Below are positions 54,332 to 64,000 of a DNA stretch of 64,000 bases, piece after piece. A model generated the notes under the pieces. That model saw only the letters and a list, made by a program, of their open reading frames with translations. It was not told where the DNA came from and made no database searches. Every line of letters starts with the position of its first letter. Position 1 is the stretch's first letter. The translations under genes and the position numbers were made by a program. Origin of the DNA: an uncultured Nocardia sp. (GTDB taxonomy: Bacteria > Actinomycetota > Actinomycetes > Mycobacteriales > Mycobacteriaceae); NCBI GenBank assembly GCA_966435935.1, contig CBJNFW010000003.1, positions 24,224-88,223 on the forward strand, read 5' to 3'.

Positions 54332-55138
54332 ATGACAAGCGGTGGGTACGACCCCAACCAATACCCCCAGGGCCAGGGCGGCCAGCCGTACGGTCAGCCG
54401 TACCCGCAGGCCGGTCAGCCCTACCCGGGCCAGCCGGACTACGGACAGCAGCAGCAGCCGTACGGCCAGCAACCGTACCCGCAGGGGGGACAGCCGTATC
54501 CGCAGGGGGCACCGCAGAACCCTTACGGACAGCAGCAGCCGTACGGGCAGCAAACCGGCGGACAGCCGTATCCGCAGCAGGATCCCTACGGGCAGCAGCA
54601 GCCTTACGGTCAACAGCAGCCCTACGGTCAACAGCCGGGATACGGCGCGCCGGGTGCGCCCGGTTTTCCCGGGGCGCCCTCGATTCCGGGTCTGCCGCCG
54701 GGGACGCAGCCCGGTGATCTGGGCACCCGGATCGGCGCGCGCGTGATCGACAGCATCATCGTCGCGATTCCGGGATACATCTTCTTCTTCCTCATCCGGC
54801 TGGGTATGGGCACCAATATCGCCGGTGAACTGGTCGGCGGGTTGCTCCTGGGCCTGGTGGGCGTGCTGTACTACGTGCTGATGGAGTCCACGCAGGGCTA
54901 CACGCTCGGGAAGAAGATCCTCGGGCTCCGGGTCCTGGGGCCGAACGGCGCGCCGAAGCCCGATTTCCAGCAGGCGCTGATCCGCAACCTGTACGCGGTC
55001 TGCAACCTGCTGTTCTGCATCGGGGAGATCGCCGCGCTGGTCATCATCATCGTCATGATGGTCACCGTCGAGCAGTCCCCCATCAAGCAGGGCTGGCACG
55101 ACCGGATCGCCGGCGGCACCCAGGTCATCAAGGGCTGA
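54332..55138 (+). CDS. RDD family membrane protein with Gln/Pro/Tyr/Gly-rich N-terminal repeats
   Basis: ~115 aa of (G)QQ(Q)PYGQQ-type repeats, then the RDD core (RIGARVIDSIIV..., GKKILGLRV, GWHDRIAGG). Confidence 0.8.
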   Translation: MTSGGYDPNQYPQGQGGQPYGQPYPQAGQPYPGQPDYGQQQQPYGQQPYPQGGQPYPQGAPQNPYGQQQPYGQQTGGQPYPQQDPYGQQQPYGQQQPYGQQPGYGAPGAPGFPGAPSIPGLPPGTQPGDLGTRIGARVIDSIIVAIPGYIFFFLIRLGMGTNIAGELVGGLLLGLVGVLYYVLMESTQGYTLGKKILGLRVLGPNGAPKPDFQQALIRNLYAVCNLLFCIGEIAALVIIIVMMVTVEQSPIKQGWHDRIAGGTQVIKG

Positions 55139-55216
55139 GACCGACGACCCGGCTCACGGCGAAATACCGAGGGGCGCATCCGATCACGGGTGCGCCCCTC
55201 GTCGTTGTCCCGGCGC

Positions 55217-55708
55217 TCAATAGGTGTTCGAAGAACTGTTCGCGATGACGACGAAGACGATGACGAAGTAGGCGATGACCAGGACGATGATCCCGATCCC
55301 GATCCAGATTCCGGCCAATGCCATGCCGCGGCCGTCCTGATTGCGCTGCCTGATCTGGTTCAGCGCGACGAATCCCAGGATCACCCCGACGATCGAGGTC
55401 ACACCGCAGGTCGCCAGGCCGGCCAGCGAGGTGACCAGCGAGGCGATGGCCATACCGTTCGAGCTGCGCACCGGCGGATAGCCGCCGTAGGGCTGATATC
55501 CGGGCGCGGGGTAGGGCTGCTGCGGCACCGGCTGCTGGGGATAGCTCGGATACGACTGCGCCTGTGGCGGCGGCGCGGCCGGGTACTGCGGATTCGAGTT
55601 GTAGGACGGCGGAGGCGGCGGCGCGGACGGATGGCCCCCCGACTCCGACGACACACCTTCGCCGCCGTACTGCTTCCACCACTCGTCGGAATCGCCGGGA
55701 TTCGTCAT
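55217..55708 (-). CDS. DUF4190 domain-containing membrane protein with Pro-rich N-terminus
   Basis: Pro/Gln/Tyr-rich ~80 aa, then NGMAIASLVTSLAGL...GVILGFVALNQI......GRGMALAGIWIGIG, typical of DUF4190. Confidence 0.75.
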   Translation of the reverse strand: MTNPGDSDEWWKQYGGEGVSSESGGHPSAPPPPPSYNSNPQYPAAPPPQAQSYPSYPQQPVPQQPYPAPGYQPYGGYPPVRSSNGMAIASLVTSLAGLATCGVTSIVGVILGFVALNQIRQRNQDGRGMALAGIWIGIGIIVLVIAYFVIVFVVIANSSSNTY

Positions 55709-55757
55709 TCGTCCAGCCTATTCGAAGTCACCCTGCTCCCGGTATCGTCAGTACCTC

Positions 55758-56531
55758 GTGAGCGAAACAAGACAAACGCCGGAAATCGACGAGTCTGGAC
55801 ACCCCGCGGCCGAACACGCGTCGTTCGCCCGGGCCGTGGGGAGTCCTTACACCCTGATCGTGGTGCTCTTCACCACCACCCTGATGATCTCGAACATCTG
55901 CGCCACCAAGGGCGTCCAATTCTTCGGCGGGCACCATCTGTCCCTCGGACCGCTCGAGATCTTGCCGATCACCACCGACGGCGCGTTCTTCCTATTCCCC
56001 TTGGCCTACGTTATCGGCGACATCCTCAGTGAGGTGTACGGCTTCAAGGCCGCCCGCCGGACCATCTACTACGGCTTCGGCATGCTGGCGCTGATGGTGC
56101 TGTGCTTCTGGATCGCCATCGGCCTGCCCGCGGCCGACTTCTACAGCAACCAGGACGCCTTCCGCACCGTCGCCGGGACCACCCCGCAGTTGGTCGCCGC
56201 GGGCCTGGCCGGATACGTCGTCGGCCAGTTCCTGAACTCGGTGACGCTGGTCCTGATCAAGGAACGCACCAAGGAGAAGCATCTGTGGGCCCGCCTGCTG
56301 GGCTCCACCGTCGCGGGCGAATTCGGCGACACCCTGATCTTCTGCTCGATCGCCGCGACCGCCATCGGCATCAACACCTGGGGCGCGTTCCTGAATTACG
56401 TTCTGGTGGGCTTCATCTGGAAGACCCTCTGCGAGGTCATCGTCATGCCGATCAGCTACCGCTGCATCGCCTTCCTGAAGAAGCGCGAGCCGAGCTACGG
56501 CCCGTTGGACCGCCCGGCGTTGTACAGCTGA
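55758..56531 (+). CDS. yhhQ: queuosine precursor transporter (YhhQ/DUF165 family)
   Basis: LMISNICATK, FLFPLAYVIGDILSEVYGFKAARR, VAGEFGDTLIF, characteristic of the YhhQ family. GTG start. Confidence 0.85.
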   Translation: MSETRQTPEIDESGHPAAEHASFARAVGSPYTLIVVLFTTTLMISNICATKGVQFFGGHHLSLGPLEILPITTDGAFFLFPLAYVIGDILSEVYGFKAARRTIYYGFGMLALMVLCFWIAIGLPAADFYSNQDAFRTVAGTTPQLVAAGLAGYVVGQFLNSVTLVLIKERTKEKHLWARLLGSTVAGEFGDTLIFCSIAATAIGINTWGAFLNYVLVGFIWKTLCEVIVMPISYRCIAFLKKREPSYGPLDRPALYS

Positions 56532-56637
56532 TCAGAATTACAAACGACCACCCGACATCGATCCCGGTCCCAGTACACGGACCGCCTGCCTCGTCCCTGC
56601 TGCCACAGTGTTGCGCTTCAGGGCGAAAATCAGCCCT

Positions 56638-56703
56638 AAAAGCAACAAAAGCAGCCATCCACATGCGGTGTATGCCCAAAAAGCAACAGAAGTGGGCATA
56701 CAC
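56638..56703 (+). promoter_or_regulatory. direct repeats plus a perfect 11-bp hairpin spanning the fic start codon
   Basis: AAAAGCAACAAAAG (56638-56651) and AAAAGCAACAGAAG (56679-56692). GTGTATGCCCA (56668-56678) pairs with TGGGCATACAC (56693-56703). ATG 56672 lies in the 5' arm and the second repeat forms the loop. Confidence 0.4.
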
Positions 56704-57892
56704 TTTCATTGTGCACCCCGAAATGTTCGCCGACAGCCCTACGGGCTTCCTTGTGCCCATAAATGGAACGGACCAGCGGTGGGGGTCGTGGTCCCATGTC
56801 GCGTTCGTCCCAGAACAGCTACCCACCGAGACTCCCGAGCTGAGCACGCCAACGTTCAACGCGGTCGCGAACGCTCGAGCCGCCCTGGCTGCACTGGACG
56901 CATCCGCCCGCCAGCTACCCAACCCGGCATTGTTGCGCCAGCCCACACTGCGACAGGAGGCACAGAGCACCTCCGCCCTGGAAGGAACCTACGCACCACT
57001 GGAGGAGGTGCTGGGCGTGGATGCCGACGAGCGTCCGGCCGATGCGGCGATGCGGGAGGTCTTCAACTACGTCATCGCGGCCGAGCATGCGTTCGCTTGG
57101 GTCGACGACGGACGGCCACTCACCATCGGGATGCTCGAGTCGATGCAGGGAATCCTGGTCGACGGCACATCCGCCGATACCAGCCAAGCCGGACGTATCC
57201 GAACCTCACAGGTGGTGATCGGTAGCCACCGTGGCGCGCACGTGCGCGATGCTCGGTTCATTCCACCACCCCCAGGTATCGATTTCGAAGGCCGGGTTCG
57301 AGACTGCATCGACTGGCTCATGCACCCCGGCGATGCGATCGATCCCCTGGTGCGAGCGGGGATGGCGCACTATCAGTTCGAAACCCTGCATCCGTTCAAC
57401 GACGGCAACGGGCGTATCGGTCGCCTGCTCATCGTGCTGCAGTTGCACATGTCGGGAGTGCTGTCGGAACCGACGCTCACGGTTTCCCCCTGGTTCGAAG
57501 CCCGCCGCGCCGAGTACTACGACCGCCTGCTCGCGGTCAGCACGAAGGGCGATTGGGATGGATGGATCAAATTCTTCGCAACGGGTGTGGGCGCGGCGGC
57601 GAATTCCACCGGGAGGCAACTCACGGACCTGATGCGGGTGCAGCACGAACTGAAGACCAGGGTGCGCAAGGCCGGTTTGCGCGCGGAAAACGCTGTGCGA
57701 CTGGTTGATTACGCACTCGCCCAACCGATCTTCACCATTCGCAACGTGAGTCAGCACCTCGACGTGACCCCAGCCCGCGCCAGAACCTTGGTGGCCCAAC
57801 TGGTCGCCGCCGATGTCCTCCGCCAGTACGACAACAGCTCCTACGGGCGACGCTTCACCGCACCCGACATACTCGCCATCTTGCTGCGATGA
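56672..57892 (+). CDS. Fic family protein (class II: intramolecular inhibitory motif plus HPFxDGNGRxxR)
   Basis: Fic motif HPFNDGNGRIGR. N-terminal inhibitory-type motif TSALEG [(S/T)xxxE(G/N)]. C-terminal wHTH-like tail. Start at ATG 56672 or 56663. Visibly lower G+C and mixed third positions compared with its neighbours. Confidence 0.85.
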   Translation: MPKKQQKWAYTFIVHPEMFADSPTGFLVPINGTDQRWGSWSHVAFVPEQLPTETPELSTPTFNAVANARAALAALDASARQLPNPALLRQPTLRQEAQSTSALEGTYAPLEEVLGVDADERPADAAMREVFNYVIAAEHAFAWVDDGRPLTIGMLESMQGILVDGTSADTSQAGRIRTSQVVIGSHRGAHVRDARFIPPPPGIDFEGRVRDCIDWLMHPGDAIDPLVRAGMAHYQFETLHPFNDGNGRIGRLLIVLQLHMSGVLSEPTLTVSPWFEARRAEYYDRLLAVSTKGDWDGWIKFFATGVGAAANSTGRQLTDLMRVQHELKTRVRKAGLRAENAVRLVDYALAQPIFTIRNVSQHLDVTPARARTLVAQLVAADVLRQYDNSSYGRRFTAPDILAILLR

Positions 57893-57956
57893 ACTGAGCA
57901 GTAGCGCTCACCTGGAAAATCGTCCCGAGTCCGAAGATGCTGGGCGAGTCGGCGAC

Positions 57957-59369
<1,413 letters not shown>

Positions 59370-59404
59370 TCAACGAGCAACCTCGTCGGGGTGCCCATCA
59401 AGTC

Positions 59405-61345
59405 CTACACCGCGTCGAGTGAATCCTCCAGGTCCTGGTCGGTCGCGGCGCCGGCGAACTGGGCGCGGTAGAGCTGGTAGTAGTGCCCTCGGGTGGCCAG
59501 CAGTTCGGTGTGGGTGCCCTGTTCCACGATGCGGCCGGAATCCATGACTATGATCAGGTCGGCATCGCGAATGGTCGAAAGACGGTGCGCGATAACGAAA
59601 CTCGTGCGGTCGCGGCGCAGCGCCGCCATCGCGTTCTGGACCAGCAGTTCGGTGCGGGTGTCGACCGAGCTGGTGGCCTCGTCCAGGATCAGGATCGACG
59701 GTTTGGCCAGGAACGCGCGGGCGATGGTGATGAGCTGCTTCTCCCCGGCGCTGACCCCCGAGCCCTCCTCGTCGATCACCGTGTCGTAGCCGTTGGGCAG
59801 CGAGTGCACGAAACGGTCGACGAAGGCGTCGCGGGCGGCCTCGAGAATCTCCTCCTGGCTCGCCTCCGGATTGCCGTACGCGATGTTCTCCCGGATCGTG
59901 CCGCCGAACAACCAGGTGTCCTGCAACACCATGCCGATCCGCGACCGCAGGTGATCGCGGGTCAGGCGGGTGATATCGACGCCGTCGATGCTGATGACGC
60001 CCTCGTCCACCTCGTAGAACCGCTCCAGCAGATTCACCAGCGTGGTCTTGCCCGCACCGGTCGGGCCGACGATGGCGACCACGTGTCCGGGCTCGGCGAC
60101 CAGCGAAAGGTTCTCGATGATCGGCTTGTCGGCCTCGTACCGGAAGGACACGTCCTCGAACGCCACCCGGCCGCGATCGACCGGACGCGGATCCTCCCGC
60201 ACCGGATCGGCGATCTGCTCGGGCGCATCGAGGATCTCGAAGATCCGCTCGGCCGAGGCCACCCCCGACTGCAGCAGGTTGATCATGGAGCCGATCTGCG
60301 TGAGCGGCTGGCTGAACCCGCGCGAGTACTGGATGAACGCCTGCACCTCACCCAGGGACAGACTGCCCGAAGCCACCCGCAACCCGCCGACCACGGCGAT
60401 GAGCACGTAGTTGAGGTTCCCGACGAACATCATCACCGGCATGATCAGCCCGGAGATGAACTGCGCCCGGAAACTCGCCTCGTAGAGCTTGTCGTTGCGC
60501 TGATCGAACTCCCGGCCCACCTCGCTCATCCGGCCGAACGCCGTGACCACCTCGTGCCCGGTGTACGCCTCCTCGACCTGCGCGTTGACCAGGCCGGTGT
60601 ACTTCCACTGGTTGATGAAATGCGGTTTGGAGCGTTTGGCGATCTGCGCGGTCACCACCACCGCGACCGGCACGGTGAGCAGCGCGATCAGCGCCAGCAG
60701 CGGCGAGATCCAGAACATCATGATCAGGATGCCGATCACCGTAAGCACCGAGGTCACCATCTGGCTCAGCGTCTGCTGCAGGCTCTGCGACATGTTGTCC
60801 ACGTCGTTGGTGACGCGACTGAGCAGATCACCGCGCGGATTGTTGTCGAAATAGCTCAGCGGCAGCCGGTGGATCTTGTCCTCGACTTCGGCGCGCAGCC
60901 GCTTGATCACCCGGTTGATCACCGTGGTGAGCAGATATCCCTGCAACCAGCCGAACACTCCGGCGCAGATGTACAGCACCAGCACCACCAGCAGCACCCG
61001 GCCGACCGCGCCGAAATCCACGCCGGTGCCGGGAATCACGTCCATTCCGGCCAGCATGTCGGCCATGCGGCTCTCGCCGCGCTCGCGCAGGCCGGCGATC
61101 GCCTGATCCTTGGTCAGACCGGCGGGCAGCTGTTTGCCGATCACGCCGTCGAAGATCAGGTTGGTGGCCCGGCCGAGAATCTGCGGGCCGAGGGTATTGA
61201 GCACGACCGCGATCACCGCGAGCACCAGGATCACCGTGACCAGGATCCGGTCCGGCGCCAGGCGCCGCAGCAGCCGCTTCAGCGAAGGGCCGAAGGATTT
61301 CGCCTTGGTTCCGGGTGCGCCCGGACCGGGCATACCGGGTCTCAT
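59405..61345 (-). CDS. ABC exporter, fused permease/ATPase (half-transporter 2 of a heterodimer)
   Basis: Six-TM exporter domain plus NBD (GPTGAGKTT, VSAGEKQLITIARA, LILDEATSSVD). ATG overlaps the upstream partner's stop. Confidence 0.85.
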   Translation of the reverse strand: MRPGMPGPGAPGTKAKSFGPSLKRLLRRLAPDRILVTVILVLAVIAVVLNTLGPQILGRATNLIFDGVIGKQLPAGLTKDQAIAGLRERGESRMADMLAGMDVIPGTGVDFGAVGRVLLVVLVLYICAGVFGWLQGYLLTTVINRVIKRLRAEVEDKIHRLPLSYFDNNPRGDLLSRVTNDVDNMSQSLQQTLSQMVTSVLTVIGILIMMFWISPLLALIALLTVPVAVVVTAQIAKRSKPHFINQWKYTGLVNAQVEEAYTGHEVVTAFGRMSEVGREFDQRNDKLYEASFRAQFISGLIMPVMMFVGNLNYVLIAVVGGLRVASGSLSLGEVQAFIQYSRGFSQPLTQIGSMINLLQSGVASAERIFEILDAPEQIADPVREDPRPVDRGRVAFEDVSFRYEADKPIIENLSLVAEPGHVVAIVGPTGAGKTTLVNLLERFYEVDEGVISIDGVDITRLTRDHLRSRIGMVLQDTWLFGGTIRENIAYGNPEASQEEILEAARDAFVDRFVHSLPNGYDTVIDEEGSGVSAGEKQLITIARAFLAKPSILILDEATSSVDTRTELLVQNAMAALRRDRTSFVIAHRLSTIRDADLIIVMDSGRIVEQGTHTELLATRGHYYQLYRAQFAGAATDQDLEDSLDAV

Positions 61346-63078
61346 CGCGCGGCCTCCTCCGGGCTGTACTGCGATTCCACGATCTCGCGGTACTCACCGC
61401 ACTCGCGCAGCAGTTCGTCGTGGGTACCCTGCCCGACCACCGCGCCGTCCTCCAGCACGATGATCCGATCGGCCTCGCGGACCGTCGAAATCCGTTGTGC
61501 CACAGTGATCACCGCCGCGTCGGCGGTCTCCGGCCGCAATGCCTCGCGCACCCGCGCGTCGGTGGCGACGTCGAGTGCGGAGAAGCAGTCGTCGAACAGG
61601 TAGATCCGGGGTCTGCGCACCAGCGCGCGGGCGATCGCGAGACGCTGGCGCTGACCGCCCGACACCGTGGTGCCGCCCTGCGCCATCGGCGTCTGCAACT
61701 GCTGCGGCATGGCCCGCACGAAGTCCGCCGCCTGGGCGATCTCGAGGGCGTGCCACAACTCCGCGTCGGTGGCCTCGGGTTTGCCGTAGCGCAGATTATC
61801 GGCGATCGTGCCGGTGAACAGGTACGCCTTCTGCGGGACCAGGCCGATCTGGGCGCGCAGCACATCCAGATCGAGCTGCCGCACGTCGACGCCGCCGACC
61901 AGGACCTCCCCGGCGGTCACATCGATCAGGCGCGGAACGAGGTTGATCAACGTGGACTTGCCCGCACCGGTCGAGCCCACGATCGCGACGGTCTGCCCCG
62001 GCTCGACCTGAAACCGCACATCGCGCACCACCGGTTCCTGCGCACCGGGGAAGGTGAATTCGGCCGCGGCGAATTCCACCGAACCGGGATCGCGGCCGAA
62101 GGTTCGCGGCTGCCGGGGCGGAACCACCGAGGACTCTGTGGCCAGCACCGTGGAGATGCGTTCGGCCGAGACCGCCGCGCGCGGGGCCATCATAGCCAGG
62201 AACGAGGCCATCATCACGGCCATCAGGATCTGCATGATGTAGGCCAGCATCGCGGTCAGCGAGCCGACCTGCATGGTTCCGTCGTCGATCGCGTGCCCGC
62301 CGAACCACAGCACCGCCACCGTGGTGACGTTGCTGATCAGCATGACCGCGGGGAACATCAGCGCGCTCAACCGCCCGACGTACAGCGACGCCTTGGTCAG
62401 ATCGGTGTTGGCGAGGTCGAATCGCGCCGTCTCGTGCCGCTCGCGGACGAAGGCGCGCACCACCCGGATACCCGTGATCTGTTCGCGCAGAACACGATTC
62501 ACTCCGTCGATGCGGGACTGCACGGCCCGGAAACCGGGCACCATCCGGGAGATGATCACCGCCATCGTCAGGGCCAGCACCGGCACCGCGACCAGCAGGA
62601 TCCAGGACAACCCCAGGGCCTGTTTCAGCGCCATGACGATGCCGCCGACGCACATGATCGGCGCCATCACCAGGATGGTCACACTCATCACGACCAGCAG
62701 CTGCACCTGCTGAACGTCGTTGGTGTTGCGGGTGATCAGCGAGGGCGCGCCGAACAGCCCGACCTCCCTGGCGGAGAAGGTGCCCACCCGGTGCAGCAGC
62801 GCGGCGCGCATATCGCGCCCGGCGCCCATCGCGGCCTGCGCGCCGAGGTAGACCGAGGTCGCCGAGGCGAGGATCTGCACGCCCGAGACCAGCAGCATCC
62901 ACAGCCCGGTGCGCCAGATGTAGCCGATATCGCCCCTGGTGACGCCGTTATCGATGATGTCGGCGTTCAGCGTGGGCAGGTAGAGCATCGCGATCACCGA
63001 AATCAGCTGCAGCGCGACGACCCCCGCCAGCTGAGCACGATACGGTGCGGCGAAGGTGCGGAGCAGTCGGATCAACAT
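61342..63078 (-). CDS. ABC exporter, fused permease/ATPase (half-transporter 1 of a heterodimer)
   Basis: Six-TM exporter domain plus NBD (GSTGAGKSTL, VSGGQRQRLAIARA, YLFDDCFSALD). Confidence 0.85.
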   Translation of the reverse strand: MLIRLLRTFAAPYRAQLAGVVALQLISVIAMLYLPTLNADIIDNGVTRGDIGYIWRTGLWMLLVSGVQILASATSVYLGAQAAMGAGRDMRAALLHRVGTFSAREVGLFGAPSLITRNTNDVQQVQLLVVMSVTILVMAPIMCVGGIVMALKQALGLSWILLVAVPVLALTMAVIISRMVPGFRAVQSRIDGVNRVLREQITGIRVVRAFVRERHETARFDLANTDLTKASLYVGRLSALMFPAVMLISNVTTVAVLWFGGHAIDDGTMQVGSLTAMLAYIMQILMAVMMASFLAMMAPRAAVSAERISTVLATESSVVPPRQPRTFGRDPGSVEFAAAEFTFPGAQEPVVRDVRFQVEPGQTVAIVGSTGAGKSTLINLVPRLIDVTAGEVLVGGVDVRQLDLDVLRAQIGLVPQKAYLFTGTIADNLRYGKPEATDAELWHALEIAQAADFVRAMPQQLQTPMAQGGTTVSGGQRQRLAIARALVRRPRIYLFDDCFSALDVATDARVREALRPETADAAVITVAQRISTVREADRIIVLEDGAVVGQGTHDELLRECGEYREIVESQYSPEEAAR

Positions 63079-63371
63079 GATGGATGCAGGCTACCGTCTA
63101 CCGGCGACACGGTCGCCGGAGTTTCTCCCGGAGCGGACACATATGGCGCACCCACGTCACAGGCCGGTTCGGCGACACGACCGGCCGCGCGCACGGACTC
63201 ATGTGCGGTCCGGCGCAGAACCCTTGCACCTGAGACACTCCGCACATCGCGGCATCCCATCCATATGCGCACCCGCCCCACTTTCCTACACCACCGATGT
63301 CGTTCCGGCACCGAAACCGCTATTCGGCACACGTCGCACACCAACACCTGGCGGCACCGGATCCCCCTCCC

Positions 63372-63911
63372 TCACAACGGGTTCGGCCGCACAGCGGGAT
63401 CCCGCTCGCCTGCGTCGTCGGCACCTTCGGGGGCCGGACGCCGGGCCCACGCACCGGGATCGGCGGTCAATGTGTGCACGAATTCCGGCAGCTCACCCTC
63501 GGCGATCTGGGCGATCGACACTTCCTCGAGGACCGCGCGGATGTTGACCCGCAACGCAATCCAAACCTCTTGCAACGGTTCGGCCACACCGGAATACCGC
63601 ACGTCCTCGGGACGCTGCCCGCGCACCGAGGCCAGCGGCCCCTCGACCGCGCGGATGACCTCGGCGATGCTGATCCGCTCGGCCGGGCGCGCGAGCCGGT
63701 AACCTCCCTCGGGCCCGCGCCGGCTGGTCAGCAGGCCCGCCCGGCGCAGTTGCGCGGCTGTCGCCTCGAGAATCTTCGGCGGTATGTCCTGCGCCGCCGC
63801 GATGGTTTCCGCTTTCACCGAATCATGATGCGTGCCAAGTGAATCGGATTGCGTACGGGCGATCTCCAGCAGTATCCGGACGGCGTTGTCGACCCGCGGT
63901 GAGATGTGCAC
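63372..63911 (-). CDS. Rrf2 family transcriptional regulator (no cysteine residues)
   Basis: Rrf2 wHTH (ETIAAAQDIPPKILEATAAQLRRAGLLTSRRGPEGGYRLARPAERISIAEVIRAVEG). I find no Cys anywhere in the 179 aa. GTG start 3 nt after the upstream gene's stop. Confidence 0.85.
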   Translation of the reverse strand: MHISPRVDNAVRILLEIARTQSDSLGTHHDSVKAETIAAAQDIPPKILEATAAQLRRAGLLTSRRGPEGGYRLARPAERISIAEVIRAVEGPLASVRGQRPEDVRYSGVAEPLQEVWIALRVNIRAVLEEVSIAQIAEGELPEFVHTLTADPGAWARRPAPEGADDAGERDPAVRPNPL

Positions 63912-63914
63912 GTC

Positions 63915-64000
63915 CTACTCCCCGCCGAGGGCGCCGAGCGCCGCGTTCAACAGCACCCGTTCGATGAGCTCGTCATCGGCGCCGGGGGCGAGCTCGCGCG
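63915..64000 (-). CDS. 3' end of an unidentified gene (partial)
   Basis: Minus-strand frame ...RELAPGADDELIERVLLNAALGALGGE-TAG with strongly G/C-biased third positions. Too short to assign. Confidence 0.4.
   Translation of the reverse strand, partial: RELAPGADDELIERVLLNAALGALGGE

Noticed and set aside
55709-55757. preQ1 riboswitch upstream of yhhQ.
   Set aside because: Only 49 nt are available, and they lack the conserved preQ1-I features I know (a short hairpin followed by an A-rich tail ending in CUA, next to the RBS).

Overview
High-G+C actinomycete chromosomal segment. It looks Corynebacteriales-like (Nocardia/Rhodococcus) from the QcrB, the Corynebacterium/Mycobacterium-type aspartate aminotransferase and Tgt, but this is inferred and cannot be proven here. 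I support about 60 protein genes and one tRNA-Ser(GGA). I saw no rRNA, CRISPR array, transposase, integrase or phage genes.

Positions ~4.8-38.2 kb are dominated by sulfur-scavenging functions:
- a ROK regulator;
- a GntR-led operon in which an APS-reductase-like ferredoxin/flavoprotein pair brackets a TauT/Ssu-type ABC importer, followed by a secreted aryl-sulfotransferase;
- a long minus-strand array of luciferase-like monooxygenases (LLMs), DUF1684 and two ABC importers that lack binding proteins;
- an sfnG-sfnB-flavin reductase / DszA-like / DszC-like / StyA-like block;
- a solitary ssuD.

Three secreted proteins with glycine-zipper C-termini sit inside this region, and two of them are a tandem duplication. 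The remaining ~26 kb mixes housekeeping and accessory genes:
- aspartate aminotransferase, TetR-MFS pair, YciI, PAS-ANTAR, CutA, GFA, a WS/DGAT-like acyltransferase;
- an orphan qcrB paralogue and an orphan DUF397;
- a queuosine neighbourhood (gluQ, yhhQ, tgt) interrupted by a compositionally atypical class II Fic gene;
- a heterodimeric ABC exporter and a Cys-free Rrf2 regulator.

Non-genic structure read directly from the sequence:
- a short interspersed element (mRNA-sense core GCTGTWWYTTYGGCCTCCGCTTC) with at least 6 copies, several abutting or containing stop codons;
- a ~98-bp tandem duplication with GGTGATCACC palindromes in a 566-bp divergent intergenic region;
- several operator-like palindromes and terminator hairpins.

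Most long ORFs in the supplied track are antisense or shadow frames of these genes. Many listed N-termini are over-extended because the track takes the first ATG/GTG/TTG, so I re-picked starts using RBS position, gene junctions and family N-termini. All family calls come from my own reading of the translations, with no searches run.
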